A stretch of 58,036 nucleotides of DNA, from contig CAYQPU010000005.1 in the NCBI GenBank assembly GCA_964419615.1, positions 1-58,036 of the forward strand, given 5' to 3'. The stretch is from an uncultured Methanosarcinales archaeon (GTDB taxonomy: Archaea > Nanobdellota > Nanobdellia > Woesearchaeales > JAGVZT01). This document shows positions 8,426-17,507 of this stretch, in pieces. Under the pieces are notes generated by a model that searched no databases, was not told the DNA's origin, and saw nothing but the letters and a program-made list of their open reading frames with translations. A program made the position numbers and the translations under genes. The stretch's first letter is position 1. Every line of letters starts with the position of its first letter.

Positions 8426-9044
8426 TAATGTAAGTATAGATTGGCTTGGTCATGCAAGTGTGAAGATTAAATCAAGCAAGGTTATTTACATTGACCCTTT
8501 CAACTTACAAACCGATGAAAAGGCTGACATTATTCTCATAACGCATGGGCATTATGATCATTGTAGTATTGCAGATATTAATAAGATAATAAAAGAGGAT
8601 ACAGTTGCTTTTGTAACACCTGACTGTACAAGTAAGCTTGCAAGGATTGAGGGACTAAAAGTTAAGATAATAACACCAGGTAAGAAGTTCAAGGTAGGTG
8701 ATGTTATTATTGAAACAGTACCTGCTTACAACATTGGCAAGGATTTCCATCCACTGAGCAATGAATGGGTTGGGTACATTGTAACAGTTAATGGATTGAG
8801 AATTTATCATGCAGGTGATACTGATTTAACACCTGAAGTTAAGAGTGTTATAGCTGATGTTGTTTTGCTTCCAGTTGGTGGAACTTACACAATGGATGCA
8901 GAGCAAGCTGCCCTAGCTGCTAACTTAATAAAACCTGAAGTTGCTATACCTATGCATTATGGGAGTATTGTTGGATCTGAAGAGGATGCTGAGAAATTTA
9001 AAGATATGTGTGATGTTAATGTCGAGATACTCCAAAGTGTTTAG
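8415..9044 (+). CDS. Metallo-beta-lactamase fold hydrolase
   Basis: WLGHAS, THGHYDH, YHAGDT, PMHYG; GTG start overlapping the upstream gene. Confidence 0.9.
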   Translation: MQIDNVSIDWLGHASVKIKSSKVIYIDPFNLQTDEKADIILITHGHYDHCSIADINKIIKEDTVAFVTPDCTSKLARIEGLKVKIITPGKKFKVGDVIIETVPAYNIGKDFHPLSNEWVGYIVTVNGLRIYHAGDTDLTPEVKSVIADVVLLPVGGTYTMDAEQAALAANLIKPEVAIPMHYGSIVGSEEDAEKFKDMCDVNVEILQSV

Positions 9045-9649
9045 AATTTAATCCCTATCCGACTTAGTTTTTCTTCACAATCTTTTTGTCCAGTAAAATG
9101 AATTGTTTTCATACCAAGTTTATCTGCAGGAATTAATAATTCTTTTTTATTGTCAATAAAAACACATTCTTTTGCAGGTACACCTAATATCTTTAGAGTA
9201 AGTTTGTATATTTCAAGATCTGGTTTTGCTGTTCCTGCATAAGGAGAGCTTACAATTGTCTCAAATATTTCATTTAAGCCAAATTTCTTTTTTTTGAATT
9301 CCAACCATTCCTTACCAATTGTTGTCAAGGCTGCTAACCTATATTTTTTTAATTTTTTTAATAGATCAAGCATATTCTCATTTTCCATCTGATACTTTCG
9401 ATAAATTATCTTTGCTAATTCTACATCAATGTTTTTTGCATCAGCAGTTGTAAGGAATCTTTTCCAATATTCCTCTTCAGTCATCTTACCAATCAGATAA
9501 TCATGAGAATGGGCATTCCAACCTAATTCCATTTGATTATAATCTATTGCAAAAGCGTTTGTGAATTCATCAAATTTTTCCTGACATTCATAATGCCAAT
9601 CATTACTAAGAATTACTGCACCTAAATCAAAGATTAAAGTGGTTATCAT
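9041..9649 (-). CDS. HAD-superfamily phosphatase
   Basis: FDLGAV motif I, KP motif III, FIDN motif IV. Confidence 0.88.
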   Translation of the reverse strand: MITTLIFDLGAVILSNDWHYECQEKFDEFTNAFAIDYNQMELGWNAHSHDYLIGKMTEEEYWKRFLTTADAKNIDVELAKIIYRKYQMENENMLDLLKKLKKYRLAALTTIGKEWLEFKKKKFGLNEIFETIVSSPYAGTAKPDLEIYKLTLKILGVPAKECVFIDNKKELLIPADKLGMKTIHFTGQKDCEEKLSRIGIKF

Positions 9650-10086
9650 ATTTCATCCAAAACAACCAGTGTTTTTGTTTTATCTACTCCTTCAATATTC
9701 CTTAGGACTTTTGTTATAAAACCATTTAGTTTTGATATTGATTTGAATCTTGCTTTAACAAGCATGTCATCATCACCCGTCAAAATGTTTACTTCCTCAA
9801 CACAATCATGTATTTTGATTTTCTTAGCTATGTCCTCCTGAGAGACTTTTGTTTTATCCAAATATTTTATTGATAATAATATGTAGACTAAAACATCGTT
9901 TCCAAGCAATTCATGATTGAGTTTTATTGTGTAGCCAGCAATAATCTTGTTTTTTTCAAGTTTCTTGATTCTATTATGAACTGTTGTAATTGGAATGTTT
10001 GTTAGCTTAGAGATCTGACTTGTTGTTCTGCTTGAGTTTTGTTTTAGTGCTTCAAGAATTTTGAGATCTTTTTCATCAAATTTCAT
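9646..10086 (-). CDS. Lrp/AsnC family transcriptional regulator
   Basis: N-terminal HTH (DEKDLKILEAL...TTVHNRIKKLE) plus RAM domain (LTGDDDML); divergent from asnA. Confidence 0.93.
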   Translation of the reverse strand: MKFDEKDLKILEALKQNSSRTTSQISKLTNIPITTVHNRIKKLEKNKIIAGYTIKLNHELLGNDVLVYILLSIKYLDKTKVSQEDIAKKIKIHDCVEEVNILTGDDDMLVKARFKSISKLNGFITKVLRNIEGVDKTKTLVVLDEI

Positions 10087-10162
10087 AATATGGAATAATA
10101 TTTCATTAAATATATAAATTTATCTATTTATTGCAAAAAATTAGCAAAAATAAACAAAAACA

Positions 10163-10170
10163 TTTATAAA
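10163..10170 (+). promoter_or_regulatory. TATA box TTTATAAA for the Asn leader-asnA-asnS transcript
   Basis: Ends 22 nt upstream of the leader ATG at 10193. Confidence 0.6.
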
Positions 10171-10192
10171 TGATTTAACTCTTCTAGAAAAC

Positions 10193-10255
10193 ATGGCAAA
10201 ACAAATCAAATATCAAGTTCAAGTTTGTTTAGCTAATGCTTTTTTTAATAATTGA
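10193..10255 (+). CDS. Putative Asn-sensing leader peptide MAKQIKYQVQVCLANAFFNN* (20 aa)
   Basis: Manual translation: ends AAT AAT TGA upstream of asnA-asnS; parallels the Ser and Met leaders. Confidence 0.65.
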   Translation: MAKQIKYQVQVCLANAFFNN

Positions 10256-10316
10256 TCTGAGCAAATTGCTCTTACATTGAAAAAAAATTAAATAGGTACT
10301 TTATGGAGGTAATAAT

Positions 10317-11348
10317 ATGAAACAAACAATATTGGATGGATATGAATCAAAACTTGATTTTTTTGAGACTGAAATTGGAGTTAAGTTAATTAAGGATACA
10401 TTTGAAAAAAGGTTGGCTGAAAAATTGAGCTTACTTAGGGTTTCTGCACCAAGGTTTCTCAAAGTAGGAAAAGGATTGCAAGATGATCTTGCTGGTACAC
10501 AGGTTCCAGTTAGGTTCAAATCCAAGTTCACAGACAAAGATATTGAGATTGTACACAGTCTTGCTAAGTGGAAAAGATGGGTTTTGGGAAAATATGGGTT
10601 TAAATTAGGCACAGGACTGTACACAGACATGGATGCTGTAAGAAAAGATGAAGATGTTTCAGCTATCCACAGTATCTATGTTGATCAGTGGGACTGGGAG
10701 ATTATTCTTTCAAAAGAACAAAGGCATTTGGTTTTTCTCAAAAAAATAGTTGAGAGAATTTATGAAGCCTTGCTTGAAACAGAAGCTGTTGTGGCAGAAA
10801 AATTTCCAAGTCTAAAACCAACTTTACCCAAAGATATTCAATTTGTTCATACAGAAGAACTTGAAAAACGATTTCCAGACCTTAGCCCTAAACAAAGGGA
10901 GTATGAGATCACTAAAAAACTTGGAGCTGTGTTTTTAATTGGTATTGGTCACCCATTAGAATCTGGGGAACCTCATGATGTAAGGGCTGCAGATTATGAT
11001 GATTGGTCAACTAAGACAGAAGAAGGAAAAAAAGGATTAAACGGAGACATACTTGTGTGGGACAGTGTAAGAAAAGATTCACTTGAACTAACATCTATGG
11101 GAATTAGAGTGGATTCTAAAGCAATGGAGTTTCAGTTAAGTCATATGGGACTGGAAAAAAGAAAACTATTGGAGTTTCACAAAGGAGTTATTAAAGACAC
11201 AATTCCTTTAACAATGGGAGGAGGATTAGGTCAATCAAGAATCTGTATGCTACTTTTACAAAAAGCACACATTGCTGAAGTACAATCAAGTGTGTGGCCA
11301 GAAGAAATGGAAAAAGAATTTGAAGAGAAAAGAATTGCCATGTTGTGA
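10317..11348 (+). CDS. asnA: Aspartate-ammonia ligase (bacterial-type asparagine synthetase A)
   Basis: HSLAKWKR, YTDMDAVRKDE, YVDQWDWE, RAADYDDW, GGGLGQSR; SD GGAGGT at 10305. Confidence 0.93.
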   Translation: MKQTILDGYESKLDFFETEIGVKLIKDTFEKRLAEKLSLLRVSAPRFLKVGKGLQDDLAGTQVPVRFKSKFTDKDIEIVHSLAKWKRWVLGKYGFKLGTGLYTDMDAVRKDEDVSAIHSIYVDQWDWEIILSKEQRHLVFLKKIVERIYEALLETEAVVAEKFPSLKPTLPKDIQFVHTEELEKRFPDLSPKQREYEITKKLGAVFLIGIGHPLESGEPHDVRAADYDDWSTKTEEGKKGLNGDILVWDSVRKDSLELTSMGIRVDSKAMEFQLSHMGLEKRKLLEFHKGVIKDTIPLTMGGGLGQSRICMLLLQKAHIAEVQSSVWPEEMEKEFEEKRIAML

Positions 11349-11395
11349 AAACATTTTTAAAGGAGAAAAAAACAAGTAGTTTAGAGGTTTAAGAA

Positions 11396-12688
11396 ATGAA
11401 ATTTATCTCAATTCAAGAAGCAATAAAAAAAGGAAAAGGTAAAGTTTCTGTTAGAGGATGGGTTTATAGGGAAAGGGGCTCTAATAAGATGAAGTTCTTA
11501 GTACTTAGAGATTCAACACAGATAATACAATGCGTTCTTGCAAGAGCTGATTTTGAAGAGCAGTGGGGAGATATTGATGCACTTGGAATAGAATCATCAG
11601 TAAAAATGCAAGGACAGATAAAAAAGGATGCTAGAGCTCCAACTGGGTTTGAAATCAAAGCTGAAAAAATCGAGATTGTACAAAGTTCTGAGCCATTTCC
11701 AATAACTAAAGATCAATCTGCAGATTTTTTACTTGAAAAACGTCATCTTTGGATTAGATCAAGAAAAATGGTTGCAATTCTAAAGATAAGACATACTGTT
11801 GTTGGCGCCATACATGAGTTTTTTAGAAAAAGAGGGTATATTGAATTCAGCCCACCAATTTTCCAACCAACTCAATCAGAAGGAGGCGCAACTTTGTTTG
11901 AAGTTAAGTATTTCAAAGATAGAATGTATCTTTCTCAGACTTGGCAGTTGTATGCAGAAGCAGCAATATTTGGTTTGGAAAAAATTTATGATATGTCTCC
12001 AACTTTTAGATCCGAGAAATCTAAGACATCTAGGCATTTAACAGAGTTTTGGATGGCAGAAATGGAAGCTGCATGGATGAAATTAGATGAAGTTACAGAG
12101 GTTGCAAAAGAGGAGATTAGATTTATAATAAAGCAAGTGCTCAAGCATAACAAAGAGGAACTAAAAATTCTAAAAAGAGATGTCAAATTACTGGAGCATT
12201 ATGCTAAAGTTGATTACCCAACTATCAAGTATAAAGAAGCACTTGATATTCTAAATAAGAAATATAAAATGAAAGTGCCGTGGGGAAAGGATCTTAGAAC
12301 GATTGAGGAGGAAAAGATTGGTGATCACTTTAAATCGCCAGTTGTTGTTACTCATTTTCCAACAAAGATAATGGGTTTTTATAAGCCAAGCTCTCAGGAA
12401 GATCCAAAGGAAGCCTTGTGTTTTGATATGCTTGCTCCAGAAGGATACTGTGAGATTGTTGGAGGCTCTGAAAGAAGTCTAGACATTAAAGATATGGAAA
12501 AAAGACTTAAGGCAGATGGTGAAGATCCCAAACAATATGACTGGTATTTTGATTTAAGAAAGTATGGTTCAGTGCCACATTCTGGTTATGGTGTTGGTGT
12601 TGAAAGAGTGATTGCTTGGATATGTGGTCTTGACAATATCAAAGATGCAATTCCTTTCCCAAGGACTATGCTTAGGTACAAGCCCTAA
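11396..12688 (+). CDS. asnS: Asparagine-tRNA ligase
   Basis: OB-fold VRGWV, YLSQTWQLY, FRSEKSKTSRHLTEFWM, PHSGYGVGVER, IPFPR. Confidence 0.93.
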   Translation: MKFISIQEAIKKGKGKVSVRGWVYRERGSNKMKFLVLRDSTQIIQCVLARADFEEQWGDIDALGIESSVKMQGQIKKDARAPTGFEIKAEKIEIVQSSEPFPITKDQSADFLLEKRHLWIRSRKMVAILKIRHTVVGAIHEFFRKRGYIEFSPPIFQPTQSEGGATLFEVKYFKDRMYLSQTWQLYAEAAIFGLEKIYDMSPTFRSEKSKTSRHLTEFWMAEMEAAWMKLDEVTEVAKEEIRFIIKQVLKHNKEELKILKRDVKLLEHYAKVDYPTIKYKEALDILNKKYKMKVPWGKDLRTIEEEKIGDHFKSPVVVTHFPTKIMGFYKPSSQEDPKEALCFDMLAPEGYCEIVGGSERSLDIKDMEKRLKADGEDPKQYDWYFDLRKYGSVPHSGYGVGVERVIAWICGLDNIKDAIPFPRTMLRYKP

Positions 12689-12738
12689 CTCATAAGTTAA
12701 TAGGAACTTTTTTATATTCTCAATTGAAAAAATAGATT

Positions 12739-13668
12739 ATGATAGAGGCTTTTGCATTAATTAGAGACAAGGTAAAAAATATCCCATTAAAAAGATTTGG
12801 TGATAAGTTAGTTTGGGTTAGGTGTGTTAGGCCTTCTACTGAAGATATCGATAAACTGTCAAAAATAACAAAGATCCCTGTTGAGGAGCTATTGGAATCT
12901 GTTGAAGAGGAAGAAAGACCAAAATTAACTGAAAAAAAGTTTATTGAAATAATTTACAGGTCACCTTATGTTAAAGCAGATGATATTATCACACTTCCAG
13001 TCTATTTTTATATTTATAATAACAAGATAATTACTATAGAAAAAGAAAAAAATGAAATTTTGGATGATTTCAGTCAAAAACTTAATAAGAAAAAGTTTTT
13101 ACTCAGGAAAAGTGCAGGAAGTTTTGTTTTCTATGTTCTTGACTCAATTAATGATCTTTTTCTTAAACATATAGATAAGATTACAGAAGGTGTTGAAGTT
13201 TTTGAACAAGAAAAACAAGTTACAACTAAAGGGATGGAGAAGATTTATGAATCCAGTGTTGCATTAAGTTATTTTAATCAAGCATTACTTGCAAATATTG
13301 AAGTTTTAAATACTTTAAGAAAATGTCACCATAGATCATTAAATAAGAGAGACAGAGATTTGTTTTCAGAGCTTTATTACGATGCCTTACACATTCTTGA
13401 TACTGAAACCATCCAAAGGAATGTTATTACTAATTTGTTTAATTTACAGTCTGTTATTAGTTCAAACAAACTTAACATTTTTATGAAGAGATTAGCGAGC
13501 ATAGCTTTGATTTTTATGGTTCCAACACTAATTTCTGCAATGTACGGAATGAATTTCACCCATATACCATTAAAAGATCATCCTTATGGATTCCATATTA
13601 CAGTGATGTTAACTATCGCAGTATCAGCTCTACTCACAGTTATTTTTCTACTTGCAGACTGGATTTAG
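12739..13668 (+). CDS. corA: CorA family Mg2+/Co2+ transporter
   Basis: PTLISAMYGMNF signature with two C-terminal TM helices. Confidence 0.9.
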   Translation: MIEAFALIRDKVKNIPLKRFGDKLVWVRCVRPSTEDIDKLSKITKIPVEELLESVEEEERPKLTEKKFIEIIYRSPYVKADDIITLPVYFYIYNNKIITIEKEKNEILDDFSQKLNKKKFLLRKSAGSFVFYVLDSINDLFLKHIDKITEGVEVFEQEKQVTTKGMEKIYESSVALSYFNQALLANIEVLNTLRKCHHRSLNKRDRDLFSELYYDALHILDTETIQRNVITNLFNLQSVISSNKLNIFMKRLASIALIFMVPTLISAMYGMNFTHIPLKDHPYGFHITVMLTIAVSALLTVIFLLADWI

Positions 13669-14312
13669 AATAGATTTAGTTTTCTCTGTCCATTTTTCTT
13701 GGCAACATTTTTCCAGGACGCCCAGGATTTTCTGAATATTGGATATTTTTTGTAGTTTTTCTCTAGAAATTGTTTTGTAAAAGGATCAGCAGGGTATCCT
13801 GAACCAAATTCTATTTTATGCTTTCTTTTGAGTTTTTCTATTTCTCGATCTCTTGTAACTTTGGCTAAAATAGATGCAGCACCAACAACAATGTAGTTTT
13901 TGTCTGCTTTGTTTTCAACAACAAGTTGAGTTTCTACTTTAACGAAATCTTGCATTGTTTGCTTATATGCTTGCGTATTATTGCTAGGGCAGTCAACATA
14001 AACCAAATCCGGTTTTAGTGTATTGATAACTGCAGCAAATTTTTCAGCTTCCAAAAGATTTAAGTTGGATTTATCAGAATTAACTGCAGTATCAATTTCC
14101 TTTGGACTTACAACTGTTATTACAAAATCCTTAGCAACACTACATATACTGTTGAATAATTGTTCTCTTTTTTTTGGAGTAAGTAATTTTGAGTCTTTAA
14201 CACCTAGTTTTTCCAACTCTTTTTCAGATTTTTTGTCGATTAGTACTCCACAAATAATCATTGGCCCTATTACTGGACCACGACCCGCTTCCTCAACTCC
14301 ACAGATTAACAA
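13665..14312 (-). CDS. rnhB: Ribonuclease HII
   Basis: GV(E)EAGRGP, DSKLL, KAD, AASILAKV, GSGYPAD; TTG start at 14312 after SD GGTGAT. Confidence 0.92.
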   Translation of the reverse strand: MLICGVEEAGRGPVIGPMIICGVLIDKKSEKELEKLGVKDSKLLTPKKREQLFNSICSVAKDFVITVVSPKEIDTAVNSDKSNLNLLEAEKFAAVINTLKPDLVYVDCPSNNTQAYKQTMQDFVKVETQLVVENKADKNYIVVGAASILAKVTRDREIEKLKRKHKIEFGSGYPADPFTKQFLEKNYKKYPIFRKSWASWKNVAKKNGQRKLNLF

Positions 14313-14367
14313 TAGATCACCAAGAAAAAGAAAGACATGTGAGTTTAAAAAGTTTTTTTGTAACCCT

Positions 14368-15108
14368 TTACTCAATATTCAAGTTAAATTCTTGGCTTCC
14401 CAAGAATAGTTTATCTAAATGACCGTCTAGAATTAGTCTTGCTTGATCTTCTCCAACTTCTGTTGTAAATGTGCCTCTAAAATTTTTAATAGTAACTATG
14501 TCTTTTTCTGGATTAAGAGTTACTTTTTCCCAAATAACAATTTCACCACTAACAACACTATTAAACTCTTCAATACTTAATTGTGACACTTTTACTGTTC
14601 CTTGCATAACATGTATCTGAATATTATCTGTTGCTTTCCAATTAATTTTCACTTCATCTGACAGGTGTTTATCTAATTGTCCACTTAGTGTAAGCATTGA
14701 GTTTTTCCATTCCAAGTTACCATTAAATGCCTGTAATTCCATTGGTTCAGATAGAGTTAGAGAAATGTCTGCATCTGGAGATAAGATATCAACTTGTTTT
14801 GCTTTTATTGTGACATCAAGATTATTTATGGGTAACCCAAATTCCTGAGTAAGCATGTCTATTCTGGTGTTAATTAATGATTTTTCCACATCACCAGTTG
14901 CGGATCCATCTATTGAGTTTGACTGACCAAAAGCTTCTAAAACATCTTCTCCAGAAACAGCTTTACCAGTTACTGCTTGTTTTAAGTTACTAAAAATCGG
15001 ACTTGAAACAAATACAGCTAATAAAACAATCAATGAGACAATAACTGCTGCCACAATAATTGTTTTTGTATGAGTTTTACGCTTTGGCATTTGCGTTTTT
15101 TCAAGCAT
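14368..15108 (-). CDS. Membrane-anchored hypothetical protein
   Basis: Basic N-terminus, single TM helix, beta-rich ectodomain. Confidence 0.75.
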   Translation of the reverse strand: MLEKTQMPKRKTHTKTIIVAAVIVSLIVLLAVFVSSPIFSNLKQAVTGKAVSGEDVLEAFGQSNSIDGSATGDVEKSLINTRIDMLTQEFGLPINNLDVTIKAKQVDILSPDADISLTLSEPMELQAFNGNLEWKNSMLTLSGQLDKHLSDEVKINWKATDNIQIHVMQGTVKVSQLSIEEFNSVVSGEIVIWEKVTLNPEKDIVTIKNFRGTFTTEVGEDQARLILDGHLDKLFLGSQEFNLNIE

Positions 15109-15160
15109 AGCTTATAAATGCCAGGAATGATATTTAAATATTTCTTTAGAAATGGAAAAG

Positions 15161-15304
15161 TAGCGGGGAATGGATTTGAATTCAACGATTTTCTATAATT
15201 AATAGAGAATCTCCATTGACCTTCGGGTTTCCTAGTCCACTTATGATTTGATCACAAATGGAGCATATGAGCCCGACGGGCACTCCTGGCTGCCCTACCC
15301 CGCT
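15161..15304 (-). tRNA. Initiator tRNA-Met(CAT) with two introns: 37/38 (15229-15265) and 53/54 (15181-15212)
   Basis: A1-U72 pair; spliced AGCGGGGTAGGGCAGCCAGGAGTGCCCGTCGGGCTCATA|ACCCGAAGGTCAATGG|TTCAAATCCATTCCCCGCTA; BHB at 53/54 (CAAT/GTTG helix). Confidence 0.93.
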
Positions 15305-15326
15305 GTAAGGGGTAGGAAGGCCAGGA
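15284..15326. repeat. Inverted repeat between the tRNA-iMet 5' end and its upstream flank
   Basis: TCCTGGC-tgc-CCTACCCC pairs with GGGGTAGG-aag-GCCAGGA (8+7 bp). Confidence 0.8.
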
Positions 15327-15392
15327 TGTTTATAAATGTTGCTCAAATAGATTTCTAAATCAAAAGCCTTAAAAAGTTCCTTTTCTTTCTTT

Positions 15393-15419
15393 CAGACTAA
15401 GCCGCGGTCGCTTAGTCTG
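15393..15419. repeat. Inverted repeat between the tRNA-Ser upstream flank and its D-arm
   Basis: CAGACTAAGC / GCTTAGTCTG, perfect 10 bp. Confidence 0.7.
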
Positions 15420-15526
15420 GCCATAGCGGAGGATTGCTATCGGCTATATGATGATATGATTATCTTATATGGCCTTCAAAGATCCTCTGTGCCCTGCACA
15501 CATGAGTTCAAATCTCATCCGCGGCG
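15401..15526 (+). tRNA. tRNA-Ser(GCT) with a 37/38 intron (15440-15481)
   Basis: GCCGCGG/CCGCGGC acceptor, GAGGA/TCCTC anticodon stem, long variable arm, TTCAAAT T-loop. Confidence 0.93.
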
Positions 15527-15554
15527 TTTTTAATTACAAAGTTATATTAAGAAC

Positions 15555-16307
15555 TTACTTCCCAGTCTTTACCGCCTGATCCCATAACATCATAAAATAT
15601 TCTTTATATCTATCTGCAACAATCTGATTCTTGATCATAAAACACAATTTCTGTTCTTTTGTAAAAACAATTGTTCCAACAGTGTCTCCAAATATATATA
15701 TAAATGCAGGAGTCTTGATTCCTTCTGGCAAGTATCTTTGTTCTACATACTTTCTCTTGCCTCTGTTTTTACAAAACCATGTTTCATAATCATAGAGTAC
15801 TTTACCATATTGTTTTCTTCTGATTCTTTCTTTGTGATACTTTCTCCAATAAGCATGAAAGTAAAGGCTTGCTTCCTTAGGATAGCCAAGTACATAGTTT
15901 ATTTCCTTGTTATCATACAAAGACATATCAAAAAAAGCTTTTATTCCTCTTGGACCATGAAATACTTCTGCTTTTGTATTATCAGAGTATTTTGAAAGAT
16001 TTTCCAAAGTAGGTAATATCTCTTCTAATTTTTGTTTTTTTTGTTCTAGTTCTTTTGATTCTACTTCTAAAAATTCATGTAGCCTTTTTGGGGATACTGC
16101 ATCATATTTTTTTGTTTTACCTTCATAAACATAACTGACCAGTCCCTTTTGGATAAGTCTGTCAAGAATATCATATACTTTAGACCTTGATACTTTTGCT
16201 CTATTGATTATTGGGCCTACTGAACTAGAACCCAAGTAAAGCAAGGCTATGTACACCTTACTTTCACCTTGGGTAAGACCAATTTTTTCAAGAAAGGTCA
16301 GGTCCAT
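15555..16307 (-). CDS. TrmB-family HTH transcriptional regulator
   Basis: GLTQGESKVYIALL...SKVYDILDRLIQKGLV winged HTH plus C-terminal effector-like domain. Confidence 0.88.
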   Translation of the reverse strand: MDLTFLEKIGLTQGESKVYIALLYLGSSSVGPIINRAKVSRSKVYDILDRLIQKGLVSYVYEGKTKKYDAVSPKRLHEFLEVESKELEQKKQKLEEILPTLENLSKYSDNTKAEVFHGPRGIKAFFDMSLYDNKEINYVLGYPKEASLYFHAYWRKYHKERIRRKQYGKVLYDYETWFCKNRGKRKYVEQRYLPEGIKTPAFIYIFGDTVGTIVFTKEQKLCFMIKNQIVADRYKEYFMMLWDQAVKTGK

Positions 16308-16353
16308 TTACAGTATTAGACTTATTTAGTATATAAAACTTTATATTTATCAC

Positions 16354-16364
16354 CCCCTAAGGGG
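16354..16364. promoter_or_regulatory. GC-rich palindrome CCCC-TAA-GGGG in the divergent promoter; candidate operator
   Basis: Seen between TATA-like elements of the TrmB gene and the 16405 ORF. Confidence 0.45.
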
Positions 16365-16404
16365 CTGTTGATGATTTATATCTCTATAGTAGTTAAAATG
16401 TTTT

Positions 16405-17403
16405 ATGAAAAAGAATCAATTAAAAAAAGAAATTAAAGACAGACCAGGATTAATCAGATACGGTGGAGAACTAGAAATTGATTTATTCAACATGTCAGAA
16501 TACCCTGTCGGCTCAATTGGTTGGGAAAATGATATTGGGTTGTTCTGCTGCCAATCATTGGCTCAGAGAGTATTAGACGCACATGAGGAGTGGTATGACA
16601 AGTATGGAGATTCAGAACTATTTTGTGAAGCATATCTTGCTCAGTTATGCTTGAGACTTGAAGAAAAGGATCTTGAGCCTGCATTAATCATATCTGCACA
16701 TGATGTCCATTTATTTATGAAACTAACAAAAGGATCCCATGAAGGTAAATATGTACATTTACAAGCTTATCCTGGATTCACAAACTTAAAAGAAGACAAG
16801 ATTTTAATTGAAGCTACAATTAAAAGTGAACTTAGAGAAAATGCTGATTGTCAAGTTACTTTATGGAATAAAGAATTTTCTTTCAAAGGTTATGAAAAGA
16901 TTATAGAATTAATAGGAATTGGTATTGCAAGGTATGCCTTGGAACCAATAAGGAATCTCTTTATTGAAAACCATTTTGAAGCACTGCCACAAAAAGCAAA
17001 AAAATGTATTGAAAGTTTTGATGAAATGGTTATTAGTGGAGACTTTGACTGGGAGTACCAAAGTCAGGTCAGAGAAATTAGAAGTTTATTTTCAGAAGAA
17101 CAGTTTAATGCATTACCTGCTCAAGCAAAAGCTTGTTTTCATGCTGTTGATGTTATTGAGGCTGAAACTGGTTACTATGGAGATTATAATTATCATTTTA
17201 AAATTGGACAAGTAGGTTATCCTGGAGATCCAACTCCAGTTGGAAAAGCTGCATATTTCATTGCTGAATCACTAGATACCACAGTTAAGTTTATTGACTT
17301 TACAACAGCAAGCTTTGCAAAACAGTTAGATCCTTTGACAGTATATCTTGCTTTTCTACCAATATGGAATCAAGTGGATGAAAATGGTAAAGCTCCTAAT
17401 TGA
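16405..17403 (+). CDS. Hypothetical acidic protein (332 aa)
   Basis: Long ORF; no motif recognised. Confidence 0.75.
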   Translation: MKKNQLKKEIKDRPGLIRYGGELEIDLFNMSEYPVGSIGWENDIGLFCCQSLAQRVLDAHEEWYDKYGDSELFCEAYLAQLCLRLEEKDLEPALIISAHDVHLFMKLTKGSHEGKYVHLQAYPGFTNLKEDKILIEATIKSELRENADCQVTLWNKEFSFKGYEKIIELIGIGIARYALEPIRNLFIENHFEALPQKAKKCIESFDEMVISGDFDWEYQSQVREIRSLFSEEQFNALPAQAKACFHAVDVIEAETGYYGDYNYHFKIGQVGYPGDPTPVGKAAYFIAESLDTTVKFIDFTTASFAKQLDPLTVYLAFLPIWNQVDENGKAPN

Positions 17404-17507
17404 ATTTACAAACAATGAGATTAGAATAACAAATAATTATTTTCTGTGATCATTTACATCCTTTTTTCATTGTAATTTATTTATACTCACATTACTTTCT
17501 AAATTAT

